Origin: Squalus acanthias
Taxonomy: Eukaryota
NCBI GenBank assembly: GCA_030390025.1
Contig: CM059433.1
Location: 32,738,001-32,802,000, forward strand
DNA length: 64,000 nt
Direction of reading: 5' to 3'
This document shows, piece by piece, positions 47,601 through 60,400 of the stretch (position 1 is its first letter; every line of letters begins with the position of its first letter). The translations under genes were made by a program, and so were the position numbers. The notes beneath the pieces are model-generated. The model was not told the DNA's origin. It made no database searches and saw only the letters and a program-made list of their open reading frames with translations.

Positions 47601-50600
47601 CAATCATAGAATCAATCATAGAATCAATCACAGGATCAATCATTGAATCTAACATAGAATCAATCACACGATCAATCATAGGATTAATCATAGAATCAAA
47701 CATACAATCATTCACAGGATCAATCATAGAATTAATCATAGAATCAATCACCAGATCAATAATAGGATCAATCATAGAATCAATCATAGAATCAATCATA
47801 GAATCAATCACATAATCAATCATAGAATCAATCACAGGATCAATCATCGAATCAATCACAGGATCAATCATAGGATCAATCATAGAATCAAACATTGGAT
47901 CAGTCATAGAATCAATCACATAATCAATCATAGAATCAATCACAGGATCAATCATATAATCAATCACAGGATCAATCACAGTGTCAATCATTGAATCAAT
48001 CATAGAATCAAACATAGGATCAATCATAGAATCAATCATAGAATCAATCACATATTCAATCATAGAATCAATCACAGGATCAATCATATAATCAATCAAA
48101 GAATCAATCATTGAATCAATCATAAGATCAAGCATAGAATCAATCACACGATTAAGCAGAATCAATCTTAAAATCAATCATAGAATTAATCAAAGGATCA
48201 AGCAAAGTATCAATCACAGGATCAATCATAGAATCAATCATAAAATCAATTAACTGATCAATCATAGAATCAATCATAGGATCAACCATAGGATCAATCA
48301 TGTAATCAATCACAGGATCGATCACAGGATCAATCATTGAATCAATCATAGAAGCAAACATAGGACCAATCATAGAATAAATCATAGAATCAATCATAAA
48401 ATCAATCATAGGAACAATGACAGGATCAATAATTGAATCAATCATAGAAACAGCAATAGCATCAATGATAGAATCAATAATAGATTCAATCACAGGATCA
48501 ATCATCGAATCAATCACAGGATCAATCAGAGGATCAATCATAGAATCAAACATTGGATCAATCATAGAATCAATCACATAATCAATCATAGAATCAATCA
48601 CAGGATCAATCATAGAATCAATCACAGGATCAATCACAGGGTCAATCATTGAATCAATCATAGAATCAAACATAGGATCAATCATAGAATAAATCATAGA
48701 ATCAATCATAAAATTATTCATAGGATCAATCACAGGATCAATCATTGAATCAATCATAGAATCAGCAAAAGCATCAATGATAGGATCAATAATAGAATGG
48801 ATCACAGGATCAATCATAGAATTAATCACAGGATCAATCATAGGATCAATCATAGAATCAATCATAGAATGAATCATTGGATCAATCATAGAATCAATCA
48901 TAGGATCAATCACAGGATCAATCATAGAATCAATCATAGTTTCAATCATAGAATCAATCATAGACACAATCATAGAATCAATCATAGTATCAATCAGAGA
49001 ATCAATCAAAGGATCAATCATAGAAGCAACCATAGAATCAATCATAGAAGCGAACCATAGAATCAATCATAGGATCAATCACAGGACCAATCATATAAGC
49101 AATCATAGAATTAATCATAGGATCAATCCAGAATCAATCAAAGGATCAATTATAGAATCAATCACAGGTCAATCACAGAATCAATTATAGAATCAAACAC
49201 CAGATGAATAATAGGATCAATCATAGAATCAATCATAGAATCAATCACAGGATCAATCATTGAATCTAACATAGAATCAATCACACGATCAATCATAGGA
49301 TTAATCATAGAATCAAACATACAATCAATCACAGGATCATTCATAGAATCAATCATAGAAACAATCACAGGTTTAATCATAGTATCAATCATAGAATCAA
49401 TCTTAGAATCAATCACAGAATCAATCATAGAATCAATCAAAGGATCAATCACAGGAGCAATCATTGAATCAATCATAGAAGCAAACATAGGATCAATCAA
49501 ATAATAAATCATAGAATCAATCATAAAATCAATCATATGATCAATCACAGGATCAATCATTGAATCAATTATAGAATCAGCAAAAGCATCAATGATAGGA
49601 TCAATAATAGAATGAATCACAGGATCAATCATAGAATCAATCACAGGATCATTCATAGGATCAATCACAGGATCAATCATAGGATCAATCATAGAATCAA
49701 TCATAGAATCAATCATTGGATCAATCATAGAATCAATCATAGGATCAATCAGAGGATCCATCACAGAACTAATCATACAAGCAATCATAGAATCAATCAC
49801 AGGAACAATCATAGGATCAATCACAGGATCAATCATAGGATCAATCATAGAATCAATCATTAGTCAATCATTGGATCAATCACAGGATCAATCATAGAAT
49901 GAATCATAGAATCAATCATTGGATCAATCATAAAACAATCATAGAATCAATCACAGGATCAATCATAGAATCAATCACAGGATCAATCATAGAATCAATC
50001 ATAGAATCAATCATAGGATCAATCACAGAATCAATCATACAATTAATCATAGAATCAATCATAGGATCAATCATAGAATCAATCATAGAATGAATCACAG
50101 GATAAAACATAGAATCAATCACAGGATCAATCATAGAATCAATCCTAGAAGCAAACATAGAATCAATCATAGGATTAATCATAGAATCAAACATACAATC
50201 AATCACAGGATCATTCATAGAATCAATCATAGAAACAATCACAGGTTTAATCATAGTATCAATCATAGAATCAATCTTAGAATCAATCACAGAATCAATC
50301 ATAGAATCAATCAAAGGATCAATCACAGGAGCAATCATAGAAGCAAACATAGGATCAATCAAATAATAAATCATAGAATCAATCATAAAATCAATCATAT
50401 GATCTATCACAGGATCAATCATTGAATCAAGCATAGAATCAGCAAAAGCATCAATGTTAGGATCAATAATAGAATGAATCACAGGATCAATCATAGAATC
50501 AATCACAGGATCATTCATAGGATCAATCACAGGATCAATCATAGGATCAATCATAGAATCAATCATAGAATCAATCATTGGATCAATCATAGAATCAATC

Positions 50601-52500
50601 ATAGGATCAATCAGAGGATCCATCACAGAACTAATCATACAAGCAATCATAGAATCAATCACAGGAACAATCATAGGATCAATCACAGGATCAATCATAG
50701 GATCAATCATAGAATCAATCATAGAATCAATCATTGGATCAATCACAGGATCAATCATAGAATTAACCATAGAATCAATCATTGGATCAGTCATAGAATC
50801 AATCATTGAATCAAACATAGGATCAATCATAGAATCAATCACAGGATAAATCATAGAATCAATCATAGAATCAATCATAGGATCAATCACAGGATCAATC
50901 ATACAATTAATCATAGAATCAATCATAAGATCAATCATAGAATCAATCATAGAATGAATCACAGGATAAAACATAGAATCAATCACAGGATCAATCATAA
51001 AATCAATCCTAGAAGCAAACATAGAATCAATCATAGGATCAATCACAGGATCAATCATAGAATAAATCATAGCATCAATCATAAAATCAATCATAGGATC
51101 AATCACAGGATCAATAATTGAATCGATCATAGAAACAGCAGTGGCATCAATGATAGAATCAACAATAGAATCAATCACAGGATCAATCATCGAATCAATC
51201 ACAGGATCAATCATAGGATCAATCATAGAATCAATCATTGGATCAATCATAGAATCAATAACATAATCAATCATAGAATCAATCACAGGATCAATCATAG
51301 AATCAATCATAGAATCAATCATAGGATCAATCACAGGATCAATCATAGAATTAATCATAGAATCAATCATAGGATCAATCATAGAATCAATCATAGTATC
51401 AATCAGAGAATCAAACAAAAGATCAATTATAGAAGCAACCATAGAATCAATCATAGAAGCAACCATAGAATCAATCATAGGATCAATCACAGGACCAATC
51501 ATATAAGCAATCATAGAATTAATCATAGGATCAATCCTAGAATCGTAGAATCAATCAAAGGATCAATCATATAATCAATCACAGGATCAATCACAGAATC
51601 AATTATAGAATCAAACTCCGGATCAATAATAGGATCAATCATAGAATCAATCATAGAATCAATCACAGGATTAATCATTGAATATAACATAGAATCAATC
51701 ACACGATCAATCATAGGATTAATCATAGAATTAAACATACAATCAACCACAGGATCATTCATAGAATCAATCATAGAAACAATCACAGGTTTAATCATAG
51801 TATCAATCATAGAAGCAAACATAGGATCAATCAAATAATAAATCATGGAATCAATCATAAAATCAATCATAGGATCAATCATAGAATCAATCATAGGATC
51901 AATCAGAGGATCCATCATAGAACTAATCATACAAGCAATCATATAATCAATCACAGGATCAATCATAGAATCAATCATAGAATCAATCATAGAAGCAATC
52001 ATAGAATCACCAAAAGCATCAATGATATGATCAATAACAGAATCAATCACAGGATCAATAATTGAATCAATCACAGGATCAAACAGAGAAACAATCACAG
52101 GATCAATCATTGGATCAATCATAGAATCAATCATAGGAACAATCACAGATTAATCAAAGAATCAATCTTAGAATCGTTCACAGGATCAATAATAGAATCA
52201 ATCAGAAGATCCATCAGAGAACTAATCATACAAGCAATCATAGAATCTATCACAGGATCAATCATAGAATCAATCACAGGAACAATCATAGGATCAATCA
52301 CAGGATCAATCATAGGATCAATCATAGAATCAATCATAGAATCAATCATTGGATCAATCACAGGATCAATCATAGAATCAATCCTAGAAGCAAACATAGA
52401 ATCAATCATAGGATCAATCACAGGATCAATCATAGAATAAATCATAGCATCAATCATAAAATCAATCATAGGATCAATCACAGGATCAATAATTGAATCA
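41700..52500. repeat. Older, roughly 4-4.5 kb duplicated block (about 41.7-46.2 kb versus 48.6-52.5 kb; offset about 6900 bp shrinking to about 6480 bp)
   Basis: Private markers occur in both copies: AATGGATCACA, GAAGCGAACCATA, CAGATGAATAATA, CATTAGTCAATC, GAAACAGCAGTGGCA, the 8-bp monomer GAATCGTA (44796, 51540) and GGAACAATCACAGATTAATC. Matching ORF pairs are 42262/49162, 43016/49928, 44779/51523 and 45662/52143. Confidence 0.85.
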
Positions 52501-53659
52501 ATCATAGAAACAGCAATGGCATCAATGATAGAATCAATAATAGAATCAATCACAGGATCAATCATCGAATAAATCACAGGATCAATCATAGGATCAATCA
52601 TAGAATCAATCATTGGATCAATCATAGAATCAATAACAATCAATCATATAATCAATCACAGGATCAATCATAGAATCAATCATAGAATCAATCATAGGAT
52701 CAATGACAGGATCAATCATAGAATTAATCATAGAATCAAACATAGGATCAATCATATAATCAATCATAGAATCAATCACAGGATCAATCATAGGATCAAT
52801 CACAGGATCAATCATAGAATCAATCATAGAATCAATCATAGAATTAATCATAGAAGCAAACATAGAAGCAATCATAGTATCAATCATTGTAGCAAACAGA
52901 TAATCAATCAAAGGATCAATCATAGAATCAAACATAGAATCAATCATAGGATCAATCACAGGATCAATCATAGAAGCAATCATAGAATTAATCATAGGAT
53001 CAATCCTAGAATCAATCAAAGGATCAATCATAGAATCAAACATAGAATCAATCATAGGATCAATCACAGGATCAATCATAGAAGCAATCATAGAATTAAT
53101 CATAGGATCAATCCTAGAATCAATCAAAGGATCAATCATAGAATCAATCACAGGATCAATCACAGGATCAATCATTGAATCAATCAGAGAAGCAAACATA
53201 GGATCAATCATAGAATAAATCATAGAATCAATCATAAAATCATCATAGGATCAATCACAGGATCAATAATTGAATCAATCATAGAAAGAGCAATAGCATC
53301 AATGATAGGATCAATAATAGAATCAATCACAGGATTAATCATAGGATCAATCATAGAATCAATCATTGGATCAATCATAGGATCAATCATAGAAGCAATC
53401 ATAGAATTAATCATAGGATCAATCCTAGAATCAATCAAAGGATCAATCATAGAATCAATCACTGGATCAATAATAGAATCAATTATAGAATCAATCACAT
53501 GATCAATCATAGGATCAATCATAGAATCAAACATCCAATCAATCACAGGATAAATCATAGAATCAATCATAGAATCAATCACCGGATCAATAATAGGATC
53601 AATCATCCAATCAATCATAGAACCAATCACAGGTTTAATCCTAGTATCAATCATAGAAT

Positions 53660-56130
53660 CAATCATAGAATCAATCACATAATCAATCATCGAATCAATC
53701 ACAGGATCACTCATAGGATCAATCACAGTATCCATCATAGAACTAATCATACAAGCAATCATAGAATCAATCACAGGATCAATCATAGAATCAATCATAG
53801 AATCAAACATAGAAGCAATCATAGAATCAGCAAAAGCATCAATGATATGATCAATAATATAATCAATCACAGGATCAATCATAGGATCAATCACAGGATC
53901 AATCATAGGATCAATCATAGAATCAATCATAGAATCAATCATTGGATCAATCACAGGATCAATCATAAAATCAATCACAGGATCAATCATAGAATCAATC
54001 ATAGAATCAATCAGAGAATCAATCAAAGGATCAATCATAGAATCAAACATTGAATCAATCATAGAAGCAACCATAGAATCAATCATAGGATCAATCACAG
54101 GACGAATCATAGAAGCAATCATAGAATTAATCATAGGATCAATCCTAGAATCAATCAAAGGATGAATCATAGAATCAATCACAGGATCAATCATAGAATC
54201 AATTATAGAATCAAACAGCGGATCAATAATAGGATCAATCATAGAATCAATCACAGGATTAATCAGAATCAATCTTAGAATCAATCATAGAATTAATCAA
54301 AGGATCAAGCAAAGTATCAATCACAGGATCAATCATAGAATCAATCATAAAATCCATTAACTGATCAATCATAGAATCAATCATAGGATCAATCATAGAA
54401 TCAATCACAGGATCAATCACAGGATCAATCATTGAATCAATCATAAAAGCAAACATAGGATCAACCATAGAATAAATCATAGAATCAATCATAAAATCAA
54501 TCATAGAATCAATCATAGAATCAATCTTTGGATCAGTCATAGAATCAATCATAGGATCAATCAAAGGATCAATCATAGAAGCAAACATAGAAGCAATCAT
54601 AGAATCAATCATATTAACAATCATAGGATCAATCGCAGGATCAATCAAAGGATCAATCATAGAATCAATTACAGAATCAAACACCGGATCACTAATAGGA
54701 TCAATCATAGAATCAATCATATAATCAAGCACAGCATCAATCATTGAATCTAACATAGAATCAATCACATGATCAATCATAGGATCAATCATAGAATCAA
54801 ACATTCAATCAATCACAGGATCAATCATAGAATCAAACACATAATCAATCATCGAATCAATCACAGGATCAATCATAGGATCAATCACAGTATCCATCAT
54901 AGAACTAATCATACAAGCAATCATAGAATCAATCACAGGATCAATCATAGAATCAATCATAGAATCAAACATAGAAGCAATCATAGAATCAGCAAAAGCA
55001 TCAATGATATGATCAATAATAGAATCAATCACAGGATCAATCATAGGATCAATCACAGGATCAATCATAGGATCAATCATAGAATCAATCATAGAATCAA
55101 TCATTGGATCAATCATAGAATCAATCATAGGATCAATCACAGGATCAATCATAGAATCAATCATAGAATCAATCACAGGATCAATCATAAAATCAATCAC
55201 AGGATCAATCATAGAATCAATCATAGAATCAATCAGAGAATCAATCAAAGGATCAATCATAGAATCAATCAGAGAATCAATCATAGGATCAATCACAGGA
55301 CGAATCATAGAAGCAATCATAGAATTAATCATAGGATCAATCCTAGAATCAATCAAAGGATGAATCATAGAATCAATCACAGGATCAATCATAGAATCAA
55401 TTATAGAATCAAACACCGGATCAATAATAGGATCAATCATAGAATCAATCACAGGATTAATCAGAATCAATCTTAGAATCAATCATAGAATTAATCAAAG
55501 GATCAAGCAAAGTATCAATCACAGGATCAATCATAGAATCAATCATAAAATCCATTAACTGATCAATCATAGAATCAATCATAGGATCAATCATAGAATC
55601 AATCACAGGATCAATCACAGGATCAATCATTGAATCAATCATAAAAGCAAACATAGGATCAACCATAGAATAAATCATAGAATCAATCATAAAATCAATC
55701 ATAGAATCAATCATAGAATCAATCTTTGGATCAGTCATAGAATCAATCATAGGATCAATCAAAGGATCAATCATAGAAGCAAACATAGAAGCAATCATAG
55801 AATCAATCATATTATCAATCAGAGAATCAATCAAAGGATCAATCATAGAATCAAACACAGAATCAATCATAGAAGCAACCATAGAATCAATCATAGGATC
55901 AATCGCAGGATCAATCAAAGGATCAATCATAGAATCAATCACAGGATCAATCATAGAATCAATTATAGAATCAAACACCGGATCACTAAAAGGATCAATC
56001 ATAGAATCAATCATATAATCAAGCACAGCATCAATCATTGAATCTAACATAGAATCAATCACATGATCAATCATAGGATCAATCATAGAATCAAACATTC
56101 AATCAATCACAGGATCAATCATAGAATCAA
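53660..56130. repeat. Imperfect tandem duplication, period about 1.15-1.3 kb, about 2 copies
   Basis: GGATTAATCAGAATCAATCTTA occurs at 54256 and 55454 (offset 1198). Shared markers are GTATCCATCATA, GGACGAATCATA, AAATCCATTAAC, GAATCAATCTTTGG and GAATCAAACATTCAATC. Confidence 0.85.
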
Positions 56131-57449
56131 TCACAGAATCAATCATAGTATCAATCATTGAATCAATCATAGAATCAATCACATAATCAATCATAGAATC
56201 AATCACAGGATCAATCATAGAATCAATCATAAAATTAATCAAAGGATCAAGCAAAGATTCAATCACAGGATCAATCATAGAATCAATCATAAAATCATTT
56301 AACTGATCAATCATAGAATCAATCAGAGGATCAATCATAGAATCAATCACAGGATCAATCACAGGATCCATCATTGAATCAATCATAGAAGCAAACATAG
56401 GATCAATCATAGAATTAATCATAGAAGCAATCATTGGATCAATCACAGAATCAATCATGGAATCAATCACAGGATCATTCATAGAATCAATCACAGGATC
56501 AATCATAGAATCAATCATAGAATAAATCATAGAATCAATCATAGAAGCAAACATAGAAGCAATCATAGAATCAATCATATTATCAATCAGAGAATCAATC
56601 AAAGGATCAATCATAGAATCAAACAAAGAATCAATCATAGAAGCAACCATAGAATCAATCATAGCATCAATCACAGGATCAATCAAAGGATCAATCATGG
56701 AATCAATCACAGGATCAATCATAGAATCAATTATAGAATCAAACACCAGGTCAATAATAGGATCAATCATAGAATCAATCATAGAATCAATCACATGATC
56801 AATCATAGGATCAATCATAGAATCAAACATCCAATCAATCACAGGATCAATCATAGAATCAATCATAGAATCAATCACTGGATCAATAATAGGATCAATC
56901 ATAGAATCAATCAAAGAAACAATCACATAATCAATCATAGAATCAATCACAGGATCAATCATAGAATCAATCAAAGAATCAATCAATGAATCAATCAAAG
57001 GATCAAGCATAGAATCAATCACAGGATTAAACATAATCAATCATAGAATTAATGAAAGGATCAAGCAAAGTTTCAATAACAGGATTAATTATAGAATCAA
57101 TCATAAAATCAATTAACTGATCAATCATAGAATCAATCATAGGATCAATCATAGAATCAATCACAGGATCCATCACAGGATCAATCATTGAATCAATCAT
57201 AGAAGCAAACATAGGATCAATCATAGAATAAATCATAGAATCAATCATAAAATCAATCATAGAAGCAATCATAGAATCAATCATTGGATCAGTCATAGAA
57301 TCAATCATAGGATCAATCAAAGGATCAATCACAGAAGCAAACATAGAAGCAATCATAGAATCAATCATATTATCAATCAGAGAATCAATCAAAGGATCAA
57401 TCATAGAATCAAACAAAGAATCAATCATAGAATCAATCACAGGATCAAT

Positions 57450-60400
57450 CACTGGATCTTTAATAGAAGCAATCAATGAATCAATCAAAGAATCAATCTT
57501 AGAATCAATCATAGGTTCAATCCTAGAATCAATCACAGGATCATTCATAGAATCGATCCTAGAATCAATCACAGGATCAATCATAGAATCAATTATAGAA
57601 TCAATCATAAAATCCATCATTGAACCAAACATAGAAACAATCTTAGAATCAGTCATAGCTTCAATGATAAGATCAATAATAGAATCAATCACAGGGTCAA
57701 TCATAGAATCAATAATAGAATCAATGATAGGATCAATAATAGAATCAATCACAGGATCAATCATAGAATCAATCATCGAATCAATCATAGTATCAATGAT
57801 AGAACCAATCATCGAATAAATGATAGGAACAATAATATAATCAATCACAGGCTCAATCATAGAATCAATCATAGAATCAGTCGTAGAATCATTCATAGAA
57901 TCCATCATAGGATCAATCATAGAATCAATCATAGAATCAATGATTGGATCAATCATAGGATCAAACATAGAATCAATCATAGAATCAATCACAGGATCAA
58001 TCATCGAATAAATCATTGAATCAATCACAGGATCAATCATAGAATCAATCATAAAATCAACCATAGACTCAATCACAGAATCAATCATAGAATCAATCAC
58101 AGAATCAACGACAGAATCAATGATAGAATCAATGATATAATCAATGATAGAATCAATCATAGAATCAATCACAGGATCAAACATAGAATCAATCAGAGAA
58201 TCAATCATAGAATCATTCAGAATCAATCATGGAATCAATCATCGAATCAATCATCGGATCAATCATAGAATCAATCATGAGTTCAATCACAGGATATATA
58301 ACAGAAGCAATCAAAGAATCAATCAAAGAATCAAACCTAGAATCAACCATAGGATCAATCCTAGAGTCAATCATAGGATCAATCATAGAGTCAATCACAG
58401 GATCAATCATAGAATAAATCATAGAACCAATCTTTGAATCAATCCTGGAATCAAACATGGAAATCAATCACAGAATCAATCATAGAATCAATCAAAGGAT
58501 CAATCATAGGATCCATCAGAGGAGCAATCACAGGATCAATCACAGAATCAATCATATAATCAATCCTTGAATCAATCATTGAATCAATCAAAGAATCAAT
58601 CCCAGAATCAATCAAAGAATCAATCAAAGAATCAATCCTAGAATCAATCATAAAATCATTCCTAGAATCAATCACAGGATCAATCATAGAATCAATCACA
58701 GGATCAATCATAGGATCAATCACAAGATCAATCATAGGATCAATCATAGAATCAATCATAGAATCAATCATAGAATCAATCATAGAAGCAATCACAGAAT
58801 CAATCATATAATCAATCCTTGAATCAATCATTGAATCAATCAAAGAATCAATCCTAGAATCAATCAAATAATCAATCAAAGATTCAATCCTAGAATCAAT
58901 CATAAAATCAATCCTAGAATCAATCACAAGATCAATCATAGGATCAATCATAGAATCAATCATAGAATCAATCATTGGATCAATCATAGAATCAATCATA
59001 GGATCAATCATAGAATCAATCATTGGATCAATCAAAGATTCAATCCTAGAATCAATCAAAGAATCAATCCCAGAATCAATCAAAGAATCAATCAAAGAAT
59101 CAATCCTAGAATCAATCATAAAATCATTCCTAGAATCAATCACAGGATCAATCATAGAATCAATCACAGGATCAATCATAGGATCAATCACAAGATCAAT
59201 CATAGGATCAATCATAGAATCAATCATTGGATCAATCATAGAATCAATCATAGGATCAATCACAGGATCAATCATATAATCAATCACAGGATCAATCATC
59301 GAATCAATCATAGAATCAATCATAGAATCAATCATAGAAGCAATCATAGAAGCAATCATAGAATCAATCATAGTATCAATCAGATAATCAATCAAAGGAT
59401 CAATCATAGAATCAAACATAGGATCAATCCTAGAAGCAAACAAAGAATCAATCATAGGATCAATCATAGAATTAATCATAGAATCAATCATAGGATCAAA
59501 AATAGAATCAATCACAGGATCAATCACAGGATCAATCATTGAATCAATCAGAGAAGCAAACATACCATCAATCATAGAATCAATCATAAAATCAATCATA
59601 GGATCAATCACAGGATCAATAATTGAATCAATCATAGAAACAGCAATAGCATCAATGATAGGATCAATAATAGAATCAATCACAGGATCAATCATCGAAT
59701 CAATCACAGGATCAATCATAGGATCAATCATAGAATCAATCATTGCCTCAATCATAGAAGCAATCATAGAATTAATCATAGGATCAATCCTAGAATCAAT
59801 CAAAGGATCAATCATAGAATCAATCACAGGATCAATCATAGAATCAATTATAGAATCAAACCCCAGATCAATAATTGGATCAATCATAGAATCAATCATA
59901 CAATCAATCACAGCATCAATCATTGAATCTAACATAGAATCAATCACATGATCAATCATAGGATCAATCATAGAATCAAACATCCAATCAATCACAGGAT
60001 CAATCACAGAATCAATCACCGGATCAATAATAGGATCAATCATAGAATCAATCATAGAAACAATCACAGGTTTAATCATAGTATCAATCATAGAATCAAT
60101 CAAAGAATCAATCACATAATCAATCATAGAATCAATCACAGGATTAATCATAGAATCAATCAAAGAATCGTCATTGAATCAATCATAGGATCAAGCATAG
60201 AATCAATCATAAAATCAATTAACTGATAAATCATAGAATCAATCATAGAATCAATCATAGGATCAATCATAGAATCAATCACAGGATCAATCATAAAATC
60301 AACCATAGGATCAATCACAGGATCAATAATTGAATCAATCATAGAATCAGCAATAGCATGAATGATAGGATCAATAACAGAATCAATCACAGGATCAATC

